Shown here one piece after another: positions 42,420-51,446 of a stretch of DNA of 64,000 nucleotides. The first letter of the stretch is position 1, and every line of letters starts with the position of its first letter. The position numbers and the translations under genes were made by a program. The stretch is taken from positions 32,001-96,000 of the forward strand of contig JBGAGQ010000010.1 of the NCBI GenBank assembly GCA_044226625.1. Reading direction: 5' to 3'. The notes beneath the pieces were generated by a model. That model ran no database searches. It was not told the origin of the DNA and worked only from the letters and a program-made list of their open reading frames with translations. Origin of the DNA: Thermoanaerobaculia bacterium. Lineage in GTDB: Bacteria > Acidobacteriota > Thermoanaerobaculia > Multivoradales > UBA5704.

Positions 42420-45359
42420 TTAGCCGTCCGGATCGCCGAACACGACGAAACCCGCCCAGTGGCGAAGATCGCCCCGGCCGGGGCGGCCGCGCATTTCCCG
42501 CTGCGCCGCGCGGAGCGCCGTCGCGGGCGATTCGCCGCGCTCGACGAGCCCCCGGTAGAAGGCGGTCATCAGGTCGGCGGTCGTCTCGTCGTCGACCCGG
42601 TAGAGGCTTTGGACGGACGCGCGAGCCCCCGCGATCAGAAAGCTCTGGGCGAGGCTCGCGAGCCCCTCGCCCTCGCGCTCGCGGCCGGCGCCCGTCTCGC
42701 ACCCCGAAAGGACGACGAGGTCGGCGCCGAGCCGCAGACGTTGGATCTCATAGGCCTTGAGCCGCCCCTCGCGCGGCCGGCCCTCGGCGTCGAACGCCGA
42801 GAGCGCGATCGCCGAGAGCGCCGGCCGATCCGGATCGAGCAGCGCGTGGGTCGCGAAATGCAGGTAGCGCGCGCCGGAAAAGCGGCCGGCCAGGAGCGAT
42901 TCCATGTTCGCGTCGAAGCCGACCAAGGCGTGGCCGCTCCCGCCCGCGAGCGCGAGGATCGCTGCGGCTTCGCGGGCCGTTCCGGGCAGCCGCGGAAGCG
43001 CGGGGCTCCGGGAGGGCGAAGGGGATCCGGCAGTTCTCGGCAAACGTGGGTCGCCGCTCGAGTAGACCGGGTCGGCGAACACCACGAGGTCGCCGACCCG
43101 CCGCGGGCCCGAGGACCTCGACCGCGCGCCACGTAGCGCGGCGAGTGCCGCGACCGAGGGGAGGACCGCGACCTCCGCCCGCTCGACGAGAGGCTCGCCG
43201 TCGGCGAGCGGAAGGGCGGCGAACGGCACGTAGAACAGCGCCCCCTCCGGAACGAAGAGTAGGCGGCGGAGCGGCGTGCCGCCTACGGGCGCCGGCCCGC
43301 GGAACAGCAGCCGGGCGGACAGCTCCGCAAGCGCGGTCCGGGTGGCCGTTCTCGCGAGGCTCGGCTGGGGCGACGCGACGAGCGCGTGGGCGCGGCGGGC
43401 CAGCGCTTCGAGTGCCGCCCGGGGCGGGAGCGCACGGACTTCGAGCCGGTCCCCGGCGAGGCGCCAGGCGAAGCTCTCTCGCTCGCCGAGCGAGTAGGCG
43501 ATCAGCTCGGTCCCGGGCGCCAGGCGGGGGAGGGCCGGAGCAGGGGACGCACCCCGGCTCGGCGGACCGAACGCCCGCCTCCGACAGGCGGCCTCGGACC
43601 GCTCGCGGGCCTCGAGCAGGCGATCGACCTCCGCGCCCGCCTCTTCGCGGGCGGCCGCCGGCGCCCGGTTGTCGGCGAGCCAGGCCGCCTTGGCGCTCGC
43701 CGCGTTGAGCGCGCGGACGGTCTCGGCGAGGCGGGTCGCTTCCTCCGGACAGCTGCCGGCGGCCGTTTCGGTCGGGCCGCGCGGAGCCTCCAACGCCTCC
43801 AGCAGACCGCGGGCGCGGCCCGTCTCGGCGAGCGCGAACGCCTCGCGTTCGAAGCCGGCGCGGGGCGCCGCACGGTGTCGCGCCATCGCGATTCCGACCG
43901 AGAGATCCCAGAGCTCGCGCCGGCTGCCGAAGAACGCGGCGGCGAGCCCGCGCGGCGCGAGGTCTCGGCGGAGCGATTCGACGATCGCGCGCGCCGCGCG
44001 CGCCGCGTCCGCCGCCGCGGTGAGATCGCCCGATCTCCATTGGGCCCGCGCGAGACCGGTCAGGGCGGCGGCCTCGGCCTCTCGGTTGGTCCCTTCGCGC
44101 GCGAGCCGCAGGGCGGGCAGGATCTGGGCGAGCGCCTCGCGCGGCCGGCCGCGCCGGGTTTCGATCCGGCAGAGCACGATGCGGCCCGAGGTCTCGCCCG
44201 CCGCGTCCCCTAGCTCCACATATCGGTCCACCGCTTGCCCTTCGATGCTCGCCGCCGCCTCGAGGTCTCCAGCCGCTTCGGCGAGTAGCCCCAGCTGACC
44301 GAGCGCGATCGCCTCGCCATGCCGGTCGCCGACCTCGCGGCCGATCGCAAGGGCCCGGTCGAGCACCTCGCGCGCCTCGCCGCGGCGCCCGGCGAGGATC
44401 AGCGATTCGCCCAGGTTGAGGAGCGCCGCGCCGAGCTCGCGGCTCCGGCCCGCGAGGTCGCGGCAGGCGGCGAGCAGATCGCGCCGCGCGGCGTCGAGGT
44501 CGCCGAGCTTGAGCCGCAACCGGCCGCGGTTGGCTAGCGTCACGCCGCGATAGGTCGAGTCGCCGATCTCGGTCCAGATCGCGAGCGCCTCGTCATAGGC
44601 GGCGAACGCCCGGTCGGAGCGATCCCGGTCGGCGAGCGCGCGGCCGAGATTGGTGAGCGAGACCCCTTGTTCGAACCGCCGGCCCGCGTGCCGTTGGATC
44701 GCGAGCGCCTCTTCGTAGCAGCGGGCCGCGGCGTCGGGGTCGCCCAGCAGCCGGTAGGCCAGGCCGAGGCCGTTCAGGGCGTCGGCGAGACCGCCGGGTG
44801 TTTCCGGGGGAGGATCCGGGGGGCCCGACATCGGCCGAGGCGGAGCTCCGCGCTCGCGGCGGAAGATCTCGACCGCCTCGGCGAACGCGCGGCGCGAGCC
44901 GGCGATGTCGCCGAGCCGCGCGAGCGTTCGGCCGAGCCGGTCGAGGGCGTCCGCGCGTCGGATCGGATCGTCGAGGGCGGAAAACTCTCCGAGCACGGCG
45001 CGGTATCCCGCGGCCGCTCGGCGTAACGTGGCCTCGCCCTCCTGCCGCCGCGCCGCCTCGGCTCGCGCGAAGCTCCATTCGGCTCGAGTTCGCCGCCGGT
45101 CGACCGCCGTCGCGGCACGGAGCGTCTCGATGCGCAGGACGTACCGGCCGGCCGGGGCGGACCGGTCGGGAGCGGTTACGGAAAACGTCATGCCTCCGCC
45201 CAGACCCCAGCCGCCGGCCGCGAGCAGGTAGATCCGCTCGATCCCCTCGCGGCCGGTGGGGCTGTCGATCGGGGGCAACCGGGTAGCCTCGATCGGGCCC
45301 CGGCCCTTGCTCAGGACCTGGAGCTCGAGATCGACCCCCCTCTGTTCGGCGGCGACCAC
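42420..45359 (-). CDS. TPR + CHAT (caspase-like) domain protein
   Basis: TPR array, LHFATHA, VVLSGCETG, SLYRVDD, HWAGFV. The frame stays open upstream through a signal-like AAAVACAWIACAC segment, so the true start is probably ~45600. Confidence 0.88.
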   Translation of the reverse strand: MVAAEQRGVDLELQVLSKGRGPIEATRLPPIDSPTGREGIERIYLLAAGGWGLGGGMTFSVTAPDRSAPAGRYVLRIETLRAATAVDRRRTRAEWSFARAEAARRQEGEATLRRAAAGYRAVLGEFSALDDPIRRADALDRLGRTLARLGDIAGSRRAFAEAVEIFRRERGAPPRPMSGPPDPPPETPGGLADALNGLGLAYRLLGDPDAAARCYEEALAIQRHAGRRFEQGVSLTNLGRALADRDRSDRAFAAYDEALAIWTEIGDSTYRGVTLANRGRLRLKLGDLDAARRDLLAACRDLAGRSRELGAALLNLGESLILAGRRGEAREVLDRALAIGREVGDRHGEAIALGQLGLLAEAAGDLEAAASIEGQAVDRYVELGDAAGETSGRIVLCRIETRRGRPREALAQILPALRLAREGTNREAEAAALTGLARAQWRSGDLTAAADAARAARAIVESLRRDLAPRGLAAAFFGSRRELWDLSVGIAMARHRAAPRAGFEREAFALAETGRARGLLEALEAPRGPTETAAGSCPEEATRLAETVRALNAASAKAAWLADNRAPAAAREEAGAEVDRLLEARERSEAACRRRAFGPPSRGASPAPALPRLAPGTELIAYSLGERESFAWRLAGDRLEVRALPPRAALEALARRAHALVASPQPSLARTATRTALAELSARLLFRGPAPVGGTPLRRLLFVPEGALFYVPFAALPLADGEPLVERAEVAVLPSVAALAALRGARSRSSGPRRVGDLVVFADPVYSSGDPRLPRTAGSPSPSRSPALPRLPGTAREAAAILALAGGSGHALVGFDANMESLLAGRFSGARYLHFATHALLDPDRPALSAIALSAFDAEGRPREGRLKAYEIQRLRLGADLVVLSGCETGAGREREGEGLASLAQSFLIAGARASVQSLYRVDDETTADLMTAFYRGLVERGESPATALRAAQREMRGRPGRGDLRHWAGFVVFGDPDG

Positions 45360-45601
45360 GGCGAGCTCCCCGGCGCGGAGCGCGAGCCGATAGCGGTGGG
45401 ACTCGCCTCCGGCGAGCGCGCGCTCGAGCGGACCGGCGTTGCGCGGCAGGACCCGCGCGGGAACGGCAACGGACGTTCCGGACGGCGCCGCGGGGCCTCG
45501 CGCGCAGGCGCAGGCGATCCACGCGCATGCGACCGCGGCGGCCCACCGCGCCGGCGGGGGGTGAAAAGGAGCCAGGGAACCCCCTTTCGGGACGGATCGG
45601 C

Positions 45602-46459
45602 TCAGGAGTTTGTGATGTTTAGATGATACACGGCGACCGCATGGCCGTCCGCCGGATCGAGCAGACGGATCGCGATCGAGCGCGCGGAGGAGAGGGCGCG
45701 GCGGGGGATGGCGAGGGTATAGGAGTCGCCCGCGTTCTTCTCGAGCCCTGCGCCGCGCCAGAGGATCCGGCCGGAGTCGCCCGTCCCGTCCCCGGCGGCG
45801 ATTTCGACCGCGACCGGTCCCTCGGGCGCTCCGGGCGGCGCCGCGAGGACGAGAGAGAAGACCCGCGCGTCGCGAGGGAGGGCGAGGGTGGCCGCCGTCT
45901 CGGCATCTCCCCGCTCCGGCGTCGCCGAAAGATCGACGAGCGGCGCGTTCGCGGTCGGCGTGGAGAGCTCGCGGCGCAGGGCGACGTCGTCGAAGGCGAG
46001 GCCGATCGCTGCGATCAGGGCTGCCGCGGCGAGGGCGAACGGGCCACGCCGGGAGCGGAAGGTCGAGGCTTCGACCGGGGTATCGCGCGTCGCCGGCCCG
46101 ACCCGTTCCATCCGCGCCGAGGCCGCCGCGTCATCCTGAGCCCGACGCACGCCGCGCCAAGCCGCCGCGATCTCGAACTCGCTCGGCGGTGGTAGGTCCG
46201 CGCCGAGCTCGCCGCGAGCCCAGAGATCGAGATCGACGAGCAGATCGCCGCATTCGCGGCAGGCGAGGAGGTGCGCGCGGATCTCGTCCGCTTCGGCCTC
46301 GGGGAGCGTCCCCGCGCGGTAGGCCGCGAGCCGCTCGGGCTCGACGTGCGCGCCGGGGACGTCGCCGCCGGACGCCGCGAAGGCCCGGATCTCGGCTTCG
46401 ATCTCCGGCTCCCACGCGCCGCCTTCCGCTTCGAGATCGACCTGCCGTTCCTCGCTCAA
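45602..46459 (-). CDS. zf-HC2 anti-sigma factor
   Basis: LAAYRAGTL..IRAHLLACREC (HxxxCxxC), single TM segment. Confidence 0.88.
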   Translation of the reverse strand: MSEERQVDLEAEGGAWEPEIEAEIRAFAASGGDVPGAHVEPERLAAYRAGTLPEAEADEIRAHLLACRECGDLLVDLDLWARGELGADLPPPSEFEIAAAWRGVRRAQDDAAASARMERVGPATRDTPVEASTFRSRRGPFALAAAALIAAIGLAFDDVALRRELSTPTANAPLVDLSATPERGDAETAATLALPRDARVFSLVLAAPPGAPEGPVAVEIAAGDGTGDSGRILWRGAGLEKNAGDSYTLAIPRRALSSARSIAIRLLDPADGHAVAVYHLNITNS

Positions 46460-47145
46460 GACCGCTCCTTTGCGTTCCCGTCCACCCTCGCGCCCTCGTC
46501 GGCGAGGGCGATGCGCAGCTTCTTCTTCGCCTGGAATAGATGCGCCTTGACCGTCTCGGCCGACCGGCCGAGCAGGAGCGCGATCTCCTGAACCGCGAGC
46601 TCCCGCTCGACCCGAAGGATCACACAGGCGCGCATCTGCTCGGGCAGCGCCGCGATCGCCGCGCGCAGGCGGGCGGCGCGCTCCCGCCGGAGCGCGAGCT
46701 CCTCGGGCGCCGGATCGGAGGAAGGCAGAACGATCGCTCGGCCCCCTTCGACATCTCCCGCGTGCCCCCCGGAGCCCGGAGGAGCCGCGTCGAGGGAGAT
46801 CTCCTCGGCGTTCCGCTTGATCGTGAGCTGCCCGCGCAGCCGCTTCTTCCAGGCGTTGGTCGCGATCGCGAACACCCAGGCGTCGAAGCCCGCGTCCTCG
46901 CGAAGCGACCCGATGCCTCGATAGATCCCGACGAGCGTCTCTTGGGTTAGATCGCCCGCGTCCTCCGGAGAAAACCCGCGGCGGGCGAAAAACGCCTGGA
47001 TCGGCCGCAGGTAGAAACCGATCAGGCGGCGAAACCCCTCCTCGACGCGGACGCCCGCCCGGATCTCCGCAACGATCCGGGCGACCGCCTCCGCACGTTC
47101 CGCCGAACCGGCCGCCGGACGAGGAGGGTTGTTGGCAATACTCAA
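46456..47145 (-). CDS. ECF RNA polymerase sigma factor
   Basis: DLTQET, WVFAIATN, LPEQMRACVIL..EIALLLG..TVKAHL. Confidence 0.92.
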   Translation of the reverse strand: MSIANNPPRPAAGSAERAEAVARIVAEIRAGVRVEEGFRRLIGFYLRPIQAFFARRGFSPEDAGDLTQETLVGIYRGIGSLREDAGFDAWVFAIATNAWKKRLRGQLTIKRNAEEISLDAAPPGSGGHAGDVEGGRAIVLPSSDPAPEELALRRERAARLRAAIAALPEQMRACVILRVERELAVQEIALLLGRSAETVKAHLFQAKKKLRIALADEGARVDGNAKERS

Positions 47146-47311
47146 GATGCTACCACCGCGGGTGAGCCGTGGGTCCCTCTCACTGGAGACGCCCCGACGG
47201 AGGCGGTTCCGGAACCTGCCCGGTTGTGGACTGGGGCGTCTCTACGGCCCTACGGCAGATCTGTGGCGGGGTGGTGTGCGGTCCCTTCGATCTGCCGACA
47301 CAGTTCGGCCC

Positions 47312-47396
47312 GGGTCCCTCCCCCCCTTGTGGGGGGAGGTCAGGAGGGGGGGACCCCGCCACCCCCGCCAGACGCGGTACTCTTCCCCCCACAAGA
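47312..47396. repeat. REP-like palindromic element
   Basis: GGGTCCCTCCCCCCCTTGTGGGGGGAGGTCAGGAGGGGGGGACCCC nested hairpins, plus a downstream CCCCCCACAAG complement. Confidence 0.6.
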
Positions 47397-47433
47397 AGCC
47401 AAGCGCGGCAGCGCGCGCTCGGGAGGTTAGACG

Positions 47434-49776
47434 ATGGAAACCCAAGTCCTCGGGGAGCGCGTCCCCAGAAACGAAGACGCCCGCCTGCTCTCCGGCCGCG
47501 CTCTGTTCATCGACGACCTCGACCTTCCCGGCATGGCGCACGTGGCGTTCCTGCGCAGCCCGCACGCGCACGCGCGGCTCCTCTCCGTCGACACGTCCCG
47601 CGCCAAGACGCGCCCGGGGGTCTTCGCGATTTACACCGCAGAAGACCTCGGCGACTACTGGCGCCCCGGGCCGCTGCTCGTGCCGCCGCCGCCCGTTCCC
47701 GGGATGACGTTTCACGAGCGCACCCAGGTGCCGCTCGCCAAGGGCAAGGTGCGCCAGACCGGCGAGCCGATCGCCGTCGTGGTCGCCGCCTCGCGCTATC
47801 TCGCCGAGGACGCGCTCGAAGAGATCGAGGTCGAGTACGAGCCGCTCCCCGCGGTGATCGATCTCGAACGCGCGCTCGAGCCCGGCTCGGCGCTCGTCCA
47901 CGAAGACGTGGGGACGAACATGGCCGCCCACGTGCCGCAGAAGAAAGGGGATTACGCGGCGGCGCGCGCCCAGGCGGACCTCGTCCTCTCGCGCCGCTTC
48001 TCCTACGACCGCGGGGCCTCGGCCGCGATCGAAAACCGCGGCGTGGTCGCCCAATGGGACGGCCGCGCCGAGCGCCTCACCGTCTGGGATACGACCCAAG
48101 CGCCGATCCCGATCCGCAACGGTCTCGCCGCGATGCTCGGCCTGTCCGAGCACCAGGTGCGCGTGGTGGCACCGTTCATCGGCGGCGGCTTCGGGCCGAA
48201 GATCATGATGTTCTATCCGGAGGAGGTCCTGATCCCCTGGATCGCAAAGCGGCTCGAACGGCCGATCAAGTGGATCGAGGACCGCGCCGAGAATTTCCTG
48301 GCGACGACCCAGGAGCGCCTGCAGATCCACGACGCCGAGATCGCGCTCTCGAAAGACGGCCGCATCCTCGGGGTCAAGGACTCGTTCCTTCATGACACGG
48401 GCGCCTACGATCCCTACGGACTCACCGTGCCGCTCAACAGCCAGTGCACGCTGATGGGGCCGTACGACATCCCGGCCTACGACAGCGAGTTCCGCGCCGT
48501 CTTCACCAACAAGCCGATCGTCACGCCGTACCGCGGCGCCGGCCGGCAGCACGGCGTGTTCGTCATCGAGCGCCTGCTCGATCTCGCCGCGCGCGAGCTG
48601 GGGATTTCCCCGATCGAGATCCGGCGGAAGAACTTCCTCACCCCCGACCAGTTTCCGCACGACCACGTGATCATCTATCAAGATTTCGCGCCGCTCTATT
48701 ACGACAGCGGCAACTATGCGCCGGTGCTCGACAAGGCGCTCGCGATGATCGGTTACGAAAGCTTTCGATCGGAAGAGCAGCCGCGCCTCCGCGCGGCGGG
48801 AAAGACCGCGGGGATCGGCGTCGTCGCTTACGTCGAGGGGACGGGGATCGGCCCGTTCGAAGGGTCGCGCGTCCAGGTGCAGACGAACGGCAAGGTGACC
48901 GTGGTCACCGGTGTCGGCACGCAGGGTCAAGGGCATTTCACCGTCCTCGCCCAGGTCGCGGCCGAGCAGCTGGGCGTTGCGGTCCGCGACATCGAGGTGG
49001 TAACGGGCGACACCGACCGCTTCCACTGGGGGACCGGCACGTTCGCGAGCCGTGGCGCGGTGGTCGCGGGTAACGCCGTCCACGAGGCGGCAAAAAAGGT
49101 GCGAGAGAAGGCGATCCGCCTCGCGGCCGAGAAACTCGGCGTCGAGGAGGCCGAGATCGAGCTCGCCGAAGGCAAGGTGCGCGTCGTCGCCGACCCGGGG
49201 CACTCGATGCCTCTTTCCGAGCTCGCCTCGCTCGCGAACCCCATGCGCGGAGCGGTCAAGCCCGGCGCCGAGCCGGGCCTCGAGGCGACCGCCTATTTCG
49301 GACCCTACCGCGGAGCCACCGCGAGCGGCGTCCACGCGATGATCGTCGAGGTCGATCCCGAGACGATGCAGATCGAGGTGAAGAAATACGTCGTGGTCCA
49401 CGACTGCGGCCGCGTGATCAATCCGCTCCTGGTCGACGGCCAAGTCCACGGCGGCGTGGCGCAGGGGATCGGCAACGCCTGGTACGAGCAGCTCGTCTTC
49501 GACGACAACGGCCAGCTCACCAACGCTTCGTTCATGGACTTTCTTCTTCCGACCGCCCTCGACGTCCCGCGCGTCGACGTCGGCCACGAGGAGACCGTCT
49601 CCCCCCTAAACGCCCTCGGCACGAAAGGCGCGGGAGAAGCAGGAACCATCCCCGTCGGCGCCCTCTTCGCCCAAGCTCTCGAAGACGCCCTCGCCATCCC
49701 CGGCCTCGAGATCAACGAGATCCCGTTGAAGCCGAGCCGGTTGTGGGAGCTGGCGGAGGGTGTGAAGGGGAAGTGA
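47434..49776 (+). CDS. Xanthine dehydrogenase-family molybdopterin-binding large subunit (CoxL/CutL-like)
   Basis: RSPHAHA, IGGGFGPK, PYRGAGR, QGQGH, GQVHGGVAQG, KGAGE. Confidence 0.92.
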   Translation: METQVLGERVPRNEDARLLSGRALFIDDLDLPGMAHVAFLRSPHAHARLLSVDTSRAKTRPGVFAIYTAEDLGDYWRPGPLLVPPPPVPGMTFHERTQVPLAKGKVRQTGEPIAVVVAASRYLAEDALEEIEVEYEPLPAVIDLERALEPGSALVHEDVGTNMAAHVPQKKGDYAAARAQADLVLSRRFSYDRGASAAIENRGVVAQWDGRAERLTVWDTTQAPIPIRNGLAAMLGLSEHQVRVVAPFIGGGFGPKIMMFYPEEVLIPWIAKRLERPIKWIEDRAENFLATTQERLQIHDAEIALSKDGRILGVKDSFLHDTGAYDPYGLTVPLNSQCTLMGPYDIPAYDSEFRAVFTNKPIVTPYRGAGRQHGVFVIERLLDLAARELGISPIEIRRKNFLTPDQFPHDHVIIYQDFAPLYYDSGNYAPVLDKALAMIGYESFRSEEQPRLRAAGKTAGIGVVAYVEGTGIGPFEGSRVQVQTNGKVTVVTGVGTQGQGHFTVLAQVAAEQLGVAVRDIEVVTGDTDRFHWGTGTFASRGAVVAGNAVHEAAKKVREKAIRLAAEKLGVEEAEIELAEGKVRVVADPGHSMPLSELASLANPMRGAVKPGAEPGLEATAYFGPYRGATASGVHAMIVEVDPETMQIEVKKYVVVHDCGRVINPLLVDGQVHGGVAQGIGNAWYEQLVFDDNGQLTNASFMDFLLPTALDVPRVDVGHEETVSPLNALGTKGAGEAGTIPVGALFAQALEDALAIPGLEINEIPLKPSRLWELAEGVKGK

Positions 49777-49836
49777 GCCGCCAAACGAGTTCGGCCGGAG
49801 GAGGTTTTCGGCAAGCGCGCTAGAATCGCCGACGCA

Positions 49837-50076
49837 ATGTTCGATCCGCAAAAGGCTTTCGAAACCCATCGCGGCGAGGTCGCTCGCCTCGTCGACAGCT
49901 ATCGCACGCGATGTCTCTGGTTTCTGCGAGAGGATTTCTACCCGACCAACGCCGAGGAGGCCGTCCGCGTCCTCTCGCAAATCGAGCGCAACGCCGACCT
50001 CGAAGGGTTCCGGCGCGCGGCCCGGCTTCGCTCATGGCTCTCACCGACTTCCAGCGCACCGTCTGCCGCCTCTTAG
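49837..50076 (+). CDS. Small protein, putative antitoxin partner of the downstream nucleotidyltransferase
   Basis: 79 aa (YRTRCLWFLREDFYP), overlapping the start of the toxin-like gene. Confidence 0.65.
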   Translation: MFDPQKAFETHRGEVARLVDSYRTRCLWFLREDFYPTNAEEAVRVLSQIERNADLEGFRRAARLRSWLSPTSSAPSAAS

Positions 50077-50846
50077 CGGCCCATCGCGTGGCGTCCGGGG
50101 AGAGCTACGTCGCGGGCGGGGTGGCGCTCAACGAATGGCTCGGCGCACCGCGGCTGTCGCGCGACGTGGACCTTTTCCACGATACGGAGAGCGCCGTCGA
50201 ACGGAGCTGGAACGAAGACCGTGCGCTCCTCGTCGAGTCGGGCTTCGCGGTCCTCCCAGTGCGGGAGCGTCCAGGGTTCGTCGAGGCGGAGGTCCAAAGG
50301 GGCGGCGCTTCGTTGCACCTCGAATGGGTACGCGACAGCAGTTTCCGCTTCTTCCCCCTCGTCGAGCATGCTGAGCTCGGCCTCACCCTCCACCCCTTCG
50401 ACCTCGCGACGAACAAGCTGCTCGCCCTGGTCGGGCGTCGCGAAGTCCGCGACTGGATCGACGTCCTCGAATGCCATGCGCGCTTGCAACATCTCGGCTA
50501 CCTCGCTTGGGCCGCCTGTGGCAAAGACCCCGGCTTCTCTCCGACGACACTCATCGAACACTCGGCGCGCGGCGGAAGGTTCACGGCGCCGGAGGTGGCA
50601 AGCCTCGCCTTCGTAGGGTCCGCTCCCGATCTCGGCTCCTTCTCCCGAGCGTGGCACGCGGCGATCGAAGAGGCCCGTCAACTGGTCGCCGTCCTGCCCG
50701 CGGCGGAAGCGGGAAACTGCGTCCTCGACGCCGAGGGGAAGCTTCTACGCGTCGGGCCCGTCGGCCTCCCGGCGGCCATCTCTCGTGGAGAGGTTCGATT
50801 CCACGCCGGTAGCATCCGGGGGGCTTTTCCGACGCTGATGGCGTAA
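50034..50846 (+). CDS. AbiEii/AbiGii-like nucleotidyltransferase toxin
   Basis: Start MALTDFQ at 50034. AGGVAL, RLSRDVDLF, NKLLAL..RREVRDWID motifs. Confidence 0.8.
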   Translation: MALTDFQRTVCRLLAAHRVASGESYVAGGVALNEWLGAPRLSRDVDLFHDTESAVERSWNEDRALLVESGFAVLPVRERPGFVEAEVQRGGASLHLEWVRDSSFRFFPLVEHAELGLTLHPFDLATNKLLALVGRREVRDWIDVLECHARLQHLGYLAWAACGKDPGFSPTTLIEHSARGGRFTAPEVASLAFVGSAPDLGSFSRAWHAAIEEARQLVAVLPAAEAGNCVLDAEGKLLRVGPVGLPAAISRGEVRFHAGSIRGAFPTLMA

Positions 50847-51004
50847 GACGACGACGTTGCGAACCTGGATCCCTGGGGCCGCTGACAGCTCGCCGGCGCT
50901 TCTGTCGAGCGAGGACCCAGCGAAACGTCTGCCGCCTCGTAGCGGCCGAAAAGGGCGCACCAAACACGCCTAAAGTGCGCTCAACCTTGAGCCTCTCGAA
51001 ACAC

Positions 51005-51086
51005 GGCTGGCGCCTTCCGGCGCCAGCCTTTGCTTCTACACCATGGAACACACTGTTTCAATCCGCGCCCCTCCGAGAGAGGCGGC
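51005..51086 (-). ncRNA. CRISPR-like mini-array (pseudo-repeat + 26-nt spacer + hairpin), putative CreA/CreR-type crRNA-like RNA
   Basis: Minus strand reads GCCGCCTCTCTCGGAGGGGCGCGGATTGAAAC (array repeat: GTCGCCCTCCGCGCGAGGGCGTGGATTGAAAC), then spacer AGTGTGTTCCATGGTGTAGAAGCAAA, then GGCTGGCGCC-GGAA-GGCGCCAGCC. Confidence 0.8.
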
Positions 51087-51089
51087 CAG

Positions 51090-51144
51090 TTCAGTGTATA
51101 CCACGGTCTAGGGGGTTGACTTTAGCTTTGGAGACGCCGAAAAT
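51090..51144 (+). promoter_or_regulatory. Putative promoter region with TTC-PAM-flanked target of the mini-array spacer
   Basis: TTC (51090-92) followed by AGTGTATACCACGGTCTAG (51093-51111). TTGACT (51116-21)-17 bp-GAAAAT on plus. TACACT -10-like box on minus, ~7 nt before the pseudo-repeat. Confidence 0.65.
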
Positions 51145-51272
51145 AAATCGGCCCCGGAGGAGGACGAGTCCTCTAGGGCCGCGGAGATTCAACCGGGCCG
51201 AGGTAGGCACCAGCTGAAATCGCACAGTAGCAGTGTACCTGCCGAGGTCCTTCCAATTCAAGGAGGAGCGCG

Positions 51273-51446
51273 GTGAAAAGGCCCGACTGGGTCGTCCGGC
51301 TGCTGGTGGAGTTGCTCCGTCCTCAACTTCCCCGAAGCTGGACATTCACCCTTGGGCTCCGACGGGCGGACCGTCGGAGCCCAGGTTCTCGCGTAAACGA
51401 CCTGATGCGAAATCAAATTCAACGGAATCATCCAGCCCTGGGTTGA
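51273..51446 (+). CDS. Small 57-aa ORF upstream of cas3 (candidate CRISPR-repressed toxin or leader)
   Basis: Strong SD AAGGAGGAG then GTG AAA AGG. Translation MKRPDWVVRLLVELLRPQLPRSWTFTLGL..PALG*. Internal 13-bp perfect hairpin at 51353-51383. The stop abuts the cas3 ATG in frame. Confidence 0.45.
   Translation: MKRPDWVVRLLVELLRPQLPRSWTFTLGLRRADRRSPGSRVNDLMRNQIQRNHPALG

Noticed and set aside
51229-51245. Second possible target (AGTGTAC) for the mini-array spacer
   Set aside because: Only the first 5 nt match and the upstream triplet is AGC, not TTC.
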